DNA of 64,000 bases from Planctomycetota bacterium (GTDB lineage Bacteria > Planctomycetota > B15-G4). The translations under genes were made by a program, and so were the position numbers. Location of the stretch: NCBI GenBank assembly GCA_038212275.1, contig JBBQUR010000017.1:1-64000 (forward strand), written 5' to 3'. Under the pieces are notes generated by a model. The model had not been told where the DNA came from. It was given only the letters and a program-made list of their open reading frames with translations, and did not search any database. This document shows, piece after piece, positions 1 to 11,568 of this stretch; position 1 is the first letter of the stretch, and every line of letters starts with the position of its first letter.

Positions 1-171
1 TCCGGCGCGAAGGGCGCCGCTCCCGGAATTGCTCCGTGTCCTGTTGCTCCACGGGCGCAGCGCCGGACAATCCTCCCGCCCCGCGCACTCCCCGCCCCAT
101 GCGACTCCCGCGCATCTCGCCCGCAGGGGCAGCTCCCGGCCAAGCGAAGCTGCGCCCCAGGCGCGCTCCCC

Positions 172-882
172 TCAGGCCTTCGCCGAAACCAGCGTCCCGA
201 TGCCTTCCCCCGCGATGACGCGGCGGAGGTTGCCTGAGGTCAGCACGTCGAAGACCACGATGGGCAGGCTGTTGTCGAGGCACATCGTGATGGCGGTCAT
301 GTCCATCACCTTGAGGTCGCGCTCGATGACCTCGCGATAGGTCAGGTGCGTGAAGCGACGCGCGTTGCTGTGACGCTCAGGGTCGGCGTCGTACACGCCG
401 TCCACGCGCGTGGCCTTCAGCATGACGTCGCAGCCGAGTTCGGAGGCGCGCAGGGCGGCGCTCGTGTCCGTCGTGAAGAAGGGGTTGCCGGTGCCGCCCG
501 CGAGCACGATGACGCGCCCTTTCTCCTGGTGGCGGATCGCGCGGCGACGGATGAAGGGCTCGCAGATCTGGTGCGCGGCGACGGCCGACATGAGGCGCGC
601 TTCGCAGCCGTTGCGCTCGAGCCCGTCCATGAGCGCCAGGCCGTTGATCATCGTGGCGAGCATGCCCATCTGGTCCGCGGTGGCGCGCACCGAGATGGTG
701 TCGGCCACGTCGCGGCCGCGCAGGATGTTCCCGCCGCCGACGACGACCGCGAGGCGCACGCCGGTGGCCGACACCTCCGCGATCTGCGCGGAGATGACGT
801 CGATGGCCTTGCGATCGAGACCATGCCCCTCGTCACCGAGGGCCTCGCCGCTCAGCTTGAGCAGGACCGAGGCGTAGGCCAC
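172..882 (-). CDS. pyrH: UMP kinase
   Basis: LLKLSGEAL, VVGGGN, DQMGMLAT and GTGNPFFTTD motifs; follows tsf. Confidence 0.97.
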   Translation of the reverse strand: MAYASVLLKLSGEALGDEGHGLDRKAIDVISAQIAEVSATGVRLAVVVGGGNILRGRDVADTISVRATADQMGMLATMINGLALMDGLERNGCEARLMSAVAAHQICEPFIRRRAIRHQEKGRVIVLAGGTGNPFFTTDTSAALRASELGCDVMLKATRVDGVYDADPERHSNARRFTHLTYREVIERDLKVMDMTAITMCLDNSLPIVVFDVLTSGNLRRVIAGEGIGTLVSAKA

Positions 883-886
883 GGCT

Positions 887-1483
887 TCAGGCGCCGCCGA
901 CTTCGAAGCGCGCGAAGCGCCGGATGATCAGGTTCTCGCCCAGCTTGCCGACGGTCTCGGCCCGCAGCTGCTCGATGGACTTGGACTCGTCCTTCACGAA
1001 GGGCTGCTCGAGCAGACACGTCTCCGCGAAGAACTTGGCCATGCCGCCCTCGAGGATCTTGTCCTGCACGTCCTTGGGCTTGCGCACGTCCACCTGCGCC
1101 GCGCGGATCTCGCGCTCCTTGGCGACGAACTCCGCGGGGACCTCGTCGCGCGACAGGTAGGTCGGCGCCATCGAGGCGATGTGCAGCGACACGTCGCGGC
1201 AGAACTCCTTGAAGGGCTCGGTCTTCGCGACGAAGTCCGTCTCGCAGTTCACCTCGAGCAGCACGCCGACGCGGCCGTTGTGGTGGATGTAGCTGCCGAC
1301 GAGGCCTTCCTTCGCGTCGCGGCCGGCCTTCTTGGCCGCCGAGGCGATGCCCTTCTTGCGCAGCCACTCGGCGGCGAGCGTCATGTCGCCCGCGTTCTCG
1401 TTGAGCGCCTTCTTGCAGTCCATCATCGGAGCGCCCGAGCTGTCGCGCAGCTCGCGCACCATCGTTGCGCTGATCTCGGTCAT
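887..1483 (-). CDS. tsf: Elongation factor Ts (short, ~198 aa form)
   Basis: ISATMVRELRDSSGAPMMDCKKAL, EVNCETDFVAK; start moved to ATG at 1483, preceded by GAGGA. Confidence 0.96.
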   Translation of the reverse strand: MTEISATMVRELRDSSGAPMMDCKKALNENAGDMTLAAEWLRKKGIASAAKKAGRDAKEGLVGSYIHHNGRVGVLLEVNCETDFVAKTEPFKEFCRDVSLHIASMAPTYLSRDEVPAEFVAKEREIRAAQVDVRKPKDVQDKILEGGMAKFFAETCLLEQPFVKDESKSIEQLRAETVGKLGENLIIRRFARFEVGGA

Positions 1484-1490
1484 GACTTCC

Positions 1491-2351
1491 TCAGCCTTCC
1501 GAGCCGCTGGCAGCAGGCTCGCCGTCTTCCGATGCAGCCACCACGCGCTCGGCCATGCCGGAACTGGCCAGCATCTCCTTCGCGGTCTCGAACGAGGCGC
1601 CGCCGCCGCGTCCCTGCTGGGCATGCCGCACACCCAGCGCGTCTTCGGGAGCGCGTCCCGACGAGCGGAAGCGCGTGTTGCCCTCGATGATCGCGTCGGT
1701 GAGCTTGCCCAGGATCAGGCCGACGGAACGGATGCTGTCGTCGTTGGCCGGGATCGGGATGTCCACGAACTGCGGATCGCAATCCGTGTCGAGGATGCCG
1801 ACGACCGGAACGCCCATGCGCCGGGCCTCGGCCACCGCGATGTGCTCGCGGCGCGGGTCGATGATGAGCAGCGCGCCCGGGATGCGGTTCAGCGTGCGCA
1901 GGCCTTCGAGGTTCTTGCGGATGCGGCGCAGCTCGCGCCCCATCGAGGACTGGGCCTTCTTCTTCATCGTGGCGAGCTGCCCGCTGCTGTCGAGCCCCTC
2001 GATCTCGTCGAGGCGGCCCAGGCGCGAACGCACCGTCTTGAAGTTGGTCAGCGTGCCGCCGAGCCAGCGCTGGGTGACCCAGGGCATCTCGCAGCGCGTG
2101 GCCTCCTGCAGCACGAGGCTCTGCATCTGGCGCTTGGTGCCGACGAACACGATCTGGCGGCCGGTGGCCGACACCTCGCGCAGGAAGTGCGCGGCGCGCG
2201 TGAGGCCACGCACCGTGTGCACGAGGTTGATGATGTGGATCTTGTTGCGCTTGCCGTGGATGAAGGGCTTCATCCGCGGGTTCCAGGTATGCGTGAGCGA
2301 GCCGAAGTGCACGCCCGCATCCAACAGATCCTGCATGGTCATCGCGGCCAA
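1491..2351 (-). CDS. rpsB: 30S ribosomal protein S2
   Basis: LLDAGVHFG, WNPRMKPFI, FVGTK, RWLGGTLTNF, DTDCDP, PANDD; TTG start 5 nt after GGAGGTG. Confidence 0.96.
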   Translation of the reverse strand: MAAMTMQDLLDAGVHFGSLTHTWNPRMKPFIHGKRNKIHIINLVHTVRGLTRAAHFLREVSATGRQIVFVGTKRQMQSLVLQEATRCEMPWVTQRWLGGTLTNFKTVRSRLGRLDEIEGLDSSGQLATMKKKAQSSMGRELRRIRKNLEGLRTLNRIPGALLIIDPRREHIAVAEARRMGVPVVGILDTDCDPQFVDIPIPANDDSIRSVGLILGKLTDAIIEGNTRFRSSGRAPEDALGVRHAQQGRGGGASFETAKEMLASSGMAERVVAASEDGEPAASGSEG

Positions 2352-2664
2352 ACTGTCACCTCCGAGCCTGTCTGAGAATCCCCGGTTTCTGCAGCGAAAC
2401 GGGCCCGGGAACGTACCAAACCGCCGGGTCATCGCACAATCGCCCATCCTCCGCGTCGGGCTCGGCGGCTGGTCTTCCCGCTCGGAAGCTCCCGCGTGAG
2501 GCGCCCGAGGATGGCCGCGGCATGCGGGATTGCGGTCGGCGCCTCGAATCCCCTCTCGACGCCAACGGCCCCGAGCGGATTCGTTCCGTTGCCGCCCCGG
2601 ACCCCACCGGCTAGCCTCGACCCATGGCCGTCGCGCCCCACCACCCGCACGGATCCCCCTCATC

Positions 2665-3657
2665 GTGACCGGACACTCCGGACCGCGCCTCCTCCTCGCC
2701 CGGCACCAGCCGGGCACGGCCGACGGCCTTGCGGCTGCCCTCGACGGCCTCCCGGCGCTCGGATTCACGGTGGAGGATTCGCGCAACATGGCGGTGACGT
2801 GGGTCACGGTGCGCGACCGCCCGCCCGAGGCGGTCCTGCTCGCCCCGCTCTCGCGCGACGTCGCGTCGGCCGAATTCCTGAGCCTCATCGAGCTCTGCTC
2901 CGCGCACGGCGGCCCCGCGCTGCTCGTCCTCACCGACGACCCCGAGTTCCTCGTCGGCCGGATCGACGGGATCGACGACTTCCTGCCGACCGACATCTCC
3001 GCCGAACGCGCGGCGCGCCGCGTGCGCTTCGCGCTGGCCCGCCGCCGCGTCGTCTCGCACCTGCGCGGCGAGCGCGAACGGCTCCTGCAGCAGTCCATCA
3101 CCGACTACAAGACCGGGCTGTACAACGACCGCCACTTCGCGGAGCGCGGCGCCAGCGAGCTCTCGCGCTCGCGGCGCCAGGACCTGCCGCTCGCCGTGCT
3201 CATGATCGACTTCGACGGATTCAAGGCGATCAACGACGTGCACGGGCACGGCTTCGGCGATCACGCGCTGGCCACGTTTGCCGTCGCGCTGCGCAGCCGG
3301 CTGCGTGATTTCGACATCGCCGCGCGCATGGGCGGCGACGAGTTCGCGGTGCTGCTGCCGTCCACGCGACTCGAGGATGCCATCGGGATCGCGGAGCGCC
3401 TGCGCGCCGCGGTGACCGGCCTCGATCTGACGCACGACGGGCGAAGGGCTGCACTCTCGGTGTCCATCGGCGTGGCAGGGTGGCTGCCGCCCGAGCCGCA
3501 CACGCTGGAGCAGGTGCTCGCGCAGGCCGACGCGGCGTTGCTGGCAGCCAAGGCCGAAGCGCGCGGCCGCATCGGCGTCCACGAGCACGGAGCACCGCGC
3601 GTGCTGGGCCAGCCCGTCTCCGCCAAGGCCGGCAACGGCCGGCACGCCAAGGGCTGA
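2665..3657 (+). CDS. Diguanylate cyclase (GGDEF) with degenerate receiver-like N-terminus
   Basis: TDYKTGLYN, DFDGFKAINDVHGHGFGD, RDFD (RxxD I-site) and RMGGDEF; start uncertain (2530-2665). Confidence 0.9.
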   Translation: MTGHSGPRLLLARHQPGTADGLAAALDGLPALGFTVEDSRNMAVTWVTVRDRPPEAVLLAPLSRDVASAEFLSLIELCSAHGGPALLVLTDDPEFLVGRIDGIDDFLPTDISAERAARRVRFALARRRVVSHLRGERERLLQQSITDYKTGLYNDRHFAERGASELSRSRRQDLPLAVLMIDFDGFKAINDVHGHGFGDHALATFAVALRSRLRDFDIAARMGGDEFAVLLPSTRLEDAIGIAERLRAAVTGLDLTHDGRRAALSVSIGVAGWLPPEPHTLEQVLAQADAALLAAKAEARGRIGVHEHGAPRVLGQPVSAKAGNGRHAKG

Positions 3658-3703
3658 CCGCGCGCACGGCGGCGCGGGCGCAGCTGGCCCGCCGCGCAAC
3701 GAC

Positions 3704-7147
<3,444 letters not shown>

Positions 7148-7153
7148 CGCCGC

Positions 7154-8260
7154 TCAGTCCCAGCGGTGCGCGCGGATCTGCTCCGACACGCGGAAGGCGA
7201 CTTCCATCGCGGCCAGGCCGTCGGCGGCCGGCACGCCCTGCCGCCCGCCGGGCGCCGGCTCGCCGCGCACGGCGGCGATGAACGCGGTGAGCTCCTCCTG
7301 CAGCGGATTGCTCGCGTCCATGTCGATCTGCTTCGTCTCGAAGATGCCCTGCTCCACGAACTCCTTGAAGCTGGGCTTGAGCGGGAGCTTGACGGCGGAC
7401 TCGGGCGAGAGCGAGCCCAGGTCGAAGCCCTCGGCCTTGCGCACCACGAAGGCGCGCCGCGTGGCGAAGTCCATGGTCACGAAGGTGTCGTCGCCGAAGA
7501 CGCGCGTCTTGCGCACAGGCTCGAAGGAGACGCGGCTCGCCGTCACGTTGGCCACGCAGCCGTTCTTGAAGGACAGCCTCGCATTGGCGATGTCCACCTC
7601 GCGCCCGAGCACGCGGCTGCCGACGGCCTCCACGCCGGTGAGCGGCGACGCCGCGAGCTGCAGCACGATGTCGATGTCGTGGATCATGAGGTCCATGACC
7701 ACGGAGACATCCAGCGCGCGGTAGGTGAAGGGTGCAAGCCGCGTGGCCTCGATGAAGCGCGGCTGCACGGAGAGCGAGGACATCACGGCGAGCGCGGGAT
7801 TGAAGCGCTCGACATGCCCCACCTGCAGCACGAGTCCGTGCCGGGCGGCGAGCGCGGCCATCGCGCGCGCCTCGTCGAGCGTCGCGGCCATCGGCTTCTC
7901 GACCAGCACGTGGATGCCGCGCTCGAGCAGCGGACACACCACCGCATGGTGCAGCGACGTGGGCACGGCCACCGACACGGCGCGCACGCTGTCCGGCAGT
8001 GCCTCCGCCGACGGCAACCACGGCACGCCGAGATCGGAAGCCACCGCGCGCCCCTGCTCCTCGCGGCTCTCGACGACGGCGACGAGCTCCGCGCCGGGCA
8101 CGTCCTTCATGAGCCTCGCATGGTGGCGCCCGAGGTGGCCGACGCCGATGACGGCCGCCTCGACGCGGCCGCGCGCGTTGAGCACGCTGTGCGCCGCACG
8201 CCCTGAACCCGCCGCGCCGCCGCGCCCTGCCGCTCCGGTCGCCCGATCGTCAGTGGCCAC
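7154..8260 (-). CDS. Gfo/Idh/MocA oxidoreductase, GnnA-like
   Basis: VIGVGHLG Rossmann motif, HVLVEKP, QVGHVERFNP, DLMIHDID; overlaps lpxA stop. Confidence 0.85.
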   Translation of the reverse strand: MATDDRATGAAGRGGAAGSGRAAHSVLNARGRVEAAVIGVGHLGRHHARLMKDVPGAELVAVVESREEQGRAVASDLGVPWLPSAEALPDSVRAVSVAVPTSLHHAVVCPLLERGIHVLVEKPMAATLDEARAMAALAARHGLVLQVGHVERFNPALAVMSSLSVQPRFIEATRLAPFTYRALDVSVVMDLMIHDIDIVLQLAASPLTGVEAVGSRVLGREVDIANARLSFKNGCVANVTASRVSFEPVRKTRVFGDDTFVTMDFATRRAFVVRKAEGFDLGSLSPESAVKLPLKPSFKEFVEQGIFETKQIDMDASNPLQEELTAFIAAVRGEPAPGGRQGVPAADGLAAMEVAFRVSEQIRAHRWD

Positions 8261-9047
8261 GGAGCGACTCCCGGAAGCGGCCGAAGCGCCCGGCTTCCTT
8301 CTTCAGCAGGAATTCCGCCAGCTCGCGCACCATGGGCGAGTCGTCGTTGATGAGCGTGTGCGCCTCCTCCACGACCGAGCGGCCGAGGCGGAAGATCGAG
8401 CGATACACGTGCTTGATCTCGTCGATGTCGGCCTGCGCGATGCCGGCGCGGCGCATGCCCACCTCGTTGACCATGCGCACTTCGGCCGGGTCACCGGCCA
8501 CCTTCACGAAGGGCGGCACGTCCTGCACGATGCCGGTCTGCCCGCCGACGTAGGAGAGCCGGCCGATCGTGGTGAACTGCGTCACCGCCGCGTTGCCTGA
8601 CAGCACCACGTTGTCGCCGACGTGCACGTGCCCCGCGAGCAGCACGCAGTTCACCATGACGATGTTGTTGCCGAGGTTGCAGTCGTGGCCGACGTGGCTT
8701 CCCGCCATGAACATGTTGCGGCTGCCGACCTGCGTGAGCAGCTGCTCCTTGGGCGTGCCGCGGTTCATCGACACGTACTCGCGGATGAGGTTGTCGTCGC
8801 CGATGACGAGCCGGCTCTCCACCGCGTGATACTTGAGGTCCTGCGGTCCGGTACCGAGGCAGACGAAGGCCGAGAGGTTGTTGCGCGCGCCGAGCGTCGT
8901 GCCCTTCGCCAGGTAGCAGTGCGGGCCGATCTTCGTGTCGGGGCCGACCTTCACGCCCGACTCGATGACGGTGTACGGGCCGATCTCCACGGTCGGGTCG
9001 ATCTCGGCGTCGGGGTGCACCACAGCGGTTGCGTGAATCAGTGTCAT
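8250..9047 (-). CDS. lpxA: Acyl-ACP--UDP-GlcNAc O-acyltransferase
   Basis: IHATAVV hexapeptide repeats, PQDLKY, IREYV, HVGHDC, DVPPF; ATGA overlap with lpxC-fabZ. Confidence 0.95.
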   Translation of the reverse strand: MTLIHATAVVHPDAEIDPTVEIGPYTVIESGVKVGPDTKIGPHCYLAKGTTLGARNNLSAFVCLGTGPQDLKYHAVESRLVIGDDNLIREYVSMNRGTPKEQLLTQVGSRNMFMAGSHVGHDCNLGNNIVMVNCVLLAGHVHVGDNVVLSGNAAVTQFTTIGRLSYVGGQTGIVQDVPPFVKVAGDPAEVRMVNEVGMRRAGIAQADIDEIKHVYRSIFRLGRSVVEEAHTLINDDSPMVRELAEFLLKKEAGRFGRFRESLRGH

Positions 9048-10351
9048 CCTGCGTCCACCAGCGTGAAAGTCATGTGTGCTTCTGCGGCGATGTGCTCGTT
9101 CACCTTCGCGAGACAATCCACCTTGCTCATCTGGTCGCGTACCTTCACGGCCTCGACCTCGAGGCGCAACTGGTCGCCGGGCACCACCGAACGGCGCAGC
9201 TTGACCTTGTCGATGGCCCAGAGCACGGGCAGCTTTCCCGTGAATTCCATGCGGCGCAGCAGCAGCGTGCCGGCGAGCTGCGCCATGGCCTCGAGGATCA
9301 GCACGCCCGGCATGATGGGCTGCCCGGGGAAGTGTCCCATGAAGAAGGGTTCGTTCACCGTCACGTTCTTGATGCCCACCGCGCGACGGTAGCCCTCCAG
9401 CTCCAGCACCCGGTCGACGAGCAGGAACGGGTAGCGGTGCGGGAGGAGCTGCGAGATCTCGCGGATGTCCATCGCCGTGGCGCGCTGCACCCGGCCGTGT
9501 GTCTCCTGATCGTGCATCTCGCGCACGAGCCGGCGCACCAGTTCGTGGTGCGTCCGGTGCCCCGACTTGGTCGCGACGACGCAGCCGTGCAGGTCGGCGC
9601 CCAGCAGGGACAGGTCGCCCATGAGGTCGAGCATCTTGTGGCGCGCGGGTTCGTCCGGGAAGCGCAGCGTGCCGCCGACAGCTGCCCCCGTCGGATCGAG
9701 CACGACGGTGTTCTCGAGGCTGGCGCCCTGCCCGAGACCGGCGGCGCGCAGGGCCTCGGCCTCGGAGCTGAACACGAAGGTGCGCGCCGGAGCGATCTCG
9801 CGCAGCAGATCCGTGCCCGGCAGCGAAACCTCCACGAACTGCGGCGGCAGGCCGCGGCTGCGATAGTCGAGCGTGTAGGAAAGCGAGAGGCCTTCGCGGC
9901 TGGCCGGGAACGCCGACAGCGTGGCGCCGTCCTGCTCCACCGACACGGGGCGCTCGAGTTCGAAGATCTTCCGGGGCGCCTTCTGCTCCACCGCGCCGAC
10001 GCGTGCGATCGCCTCGAACCAGGGCAGCGCGCTGCCGTCGAGGCCGGGAAGCTCCGCGCTCGTGACCTCGATTTCCGCATTGTCGATCTGGCTGCCGAGC
10101 AGCGCCGCGAGCAGGTGCTCGACGGTGTGGACCTCGGCCTCGCCGCGCTTGAGCACCGTCCGCCGCTCTCCCTCGCCCACGGCGGAGTGCAGGGCCGGGA
10201 TCGGGTCGCTGTCGGGCAGGTCGCCGCGCTGGAAGCTGATGCCGGCGTCCGCGCGAGCCGGGCGCACCTGCACCGAGACCTCGCGCCCCTCGTGCAGGCC
10301 GACGCCGCGCATCTCGAACGGCGCGCGGAGCGTGCGCTGGTTACGCGCCAT
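9044..10351 (-). CDS. lpxC: Bifunctional LpxC deacetylase / FabZ dehydratase
   Basis: QRTL, GVGLH, TVEHLLAAL, ELPGLDGSA, RHKMLDLMGDL (LpxC) then LLPHRYPFLLVD, GHFPGQPIMPGVLILE (FabZ). Confidence 0.95.
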   Translation of the reverse strand: MARNQRTLRAPFEMRGVGLHEGREVSVQVRPARADAGISFQRGDLPDSDPIPALHSAVGEGERRTVLKRGEAEVHTVEHLLAALLGSQIDNAEIEVTSAELPGLDGSALPWFEAIARVGAVEQKAPRKIFELERPVSVEQDGATLSAFPASREGLSLSYTLDYRSRGLPPQFVEVSLPGTDLLREIAPARTFVFSSEAEALRAAGLGQGASLENTVVLDPTGAAVGGTLRFPDEPARHKMLDLMGDLSLLGADLHGCVVATKSGHRTHHELVRRLVREMHDQETHGRVQRATAMDIREISQLLPHRYPFLLVDRVLELEGYRRAVGIKNVTVNEPFFMGHFPGQPIMPGVLILEAMAQLAGTLLLRRMEFTGKLPVLWAIDKVKLRRSVVPGDQLRLEVEAVKVRDQMSKVDCLAKVNEHIAAEAHMTFTLVDAG

Positions 10352-11474
10352 GGCCTGGCCTCGCGGAACGCTCCGGCGCGCCGGCCGCATCGGGTCGGTC
10401 GGCGCCGGTCGGCGGCTGGTCGCCGGCGGCCGCCGCGGCCTCGAGCGCCTTGACGCGCGTGAAGAGCTCGCCGAGCCGGCGCACGTGGAACAGATCGCGC
10501 GCCCAGGCCCGGTGCGGGGTGGCCGGGAAGCCGCTCACGTGCGTGCCTGCCTCGACGTCCGCGTTGACGCCCGTGAAGCCGCTGACGGCGACGCGGTCAC
10601 CGAGGCGCAGGCCGTTGCCGAAGCCGCTGTGGCCGCCGACGAAGACGTGCTTCCCGAAGATCGTGCTGCCCGCGACACCGACCTGCGCCGCGAAGGCGCA
10701 GTGCTCGCCGAGCTCGACGTTGTGCGCGAGATGCACCTGGTTGTCGAGCTTGCTGCCCTTGCCGATGCGCGTTTCCGTGAAGCGCGCGCGATCGATGGTG
10801 CAGTGGGCGCCGATCTCCACGTCGTCCCCCACCACCACGATGCCGCGCTGCGGGATGCGGTGATGGCGGCCCTGCTTGTCCTGCCGGAAGCCGAAGCCGT
10901 CCTTGCCGATGACCGATCCGGCGAACACCGTGACGCGGTCACCGAGGACGCAGCGGCTGCCAATGACGACATGCGGGTGCAGCGTGACGTCGGCGCCGAT
11001 GACGGCGTGCTCGCCGATGCAGACGCCGGGCAGAAGCCGCGTGCGGGCCCCGATGGAGACGCCGCGGCCGAGCACCACGTGCGGCCCGATGCTGGCCTCG
11101 TGTCCGAGCGACACGTCCGGCCCGAGGATCGCGGTCGGGTGCACGCCGGGAGCCTGGACGTCCTCGGCCGGCGTGAGCGCGAGCACGAGCGCATCGAGCG
11201 CGAGGTCGGCATTCTCGACGCGGATGATCGCGCACGGTGCGGCGCCAGCCCCGCGCGCAGGCAGCGTCGCCGACGCGCCGGCGAGCAGGGCTCCTGCCCG
11301 GGACGCCGCCAGCGTGGCCGTCGCGACCGCGCCCTGCGCACCGAAGACGGGCGCCAGATCGTCCGGGCCGGCCTCCTGCAGCGACAGCAGCTTCGCAAGT
11401 CGTCGGTCGGCGGGACCCTCGACGCGACCGCCCACCAGGGCGGCGACCTCGGCGACGGTGCGGTCCAGTCTCAT
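10341..11474 (-). CDS. lpxD: UDP-3-O-acylglucosamine N-acyltransferase
   Basis: GVHPTA, hexapeptide repeats, IGKDGFGF, TIDRA, KLDNQVHLAHNV. Confidence 0.95.
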   Translation of the reverse strand: MRLDRTVAEVAALVGGRVEGPADRRLAKLLSLQEAGPDDLAPVFGAQGAVATATLAASRAGALLAGASATLPARGAGAAPCAIIRVENADLALDALVLALTPAEDVQAPGVHPTAILGPDVSLGHEASIGPHVVLGRGVSIGARTRLLPGVCIGEHAVIGADVTLHPHVVIGSRCVLGDRVTVFAGSVIGKDGFGFRQDKQGRHHRIPQRGIVVVGDDVEIGAHCTIDRARFTETRIGKGSKLDNQVHLAHNVELGEHCAFAAQVGVAGSTIFGKHVFVGGHSGFGNGLRLGDRVAVSGFTGVNADVEAGTHVSGFPATPHRAWARDLFHVRRLGELFTRVKALEAAAAAGDQPPTGADRPDAAGAPERSARPGHGA

Positions 11475-11568
11475 GCGCGTGCGGAACCCGGGAGTCGTGC
11501 GGGGCTTCACACGTATCATGGCGGCCGGCAAGGGCCGAGGGAAGAGCGCCGCAGGCGCGAGACGCCGA

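Noticed and set aside
37..52. 16-bp exact match TGTCCTGTTGCTCCAC at 37-52 (+) and 28923-28938 (-)
   Set aside because: About one such match is expected by chance in 64 kb; only two copies and no shared context.
1..171. No frr immediately downstream of pyrH
   Set aside because: The window edge prevents judging; frr may lie just outside or elsewhere.
887..1483. Short EF-Ts as a truncated pseudogene
   Set aside because: The ~200-aa form is a known natural variant, and both termini are intact.
2352..2530. rpsB autoregulatory leader RNA
   Set aside because: The position is plausible, but I could not identify the conserved structure without a covariance search.
9044..10351. LpxC-FabZ fusion as a novelty
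   Set aside because: Well known in Bacteroidota and PVC bacteria.
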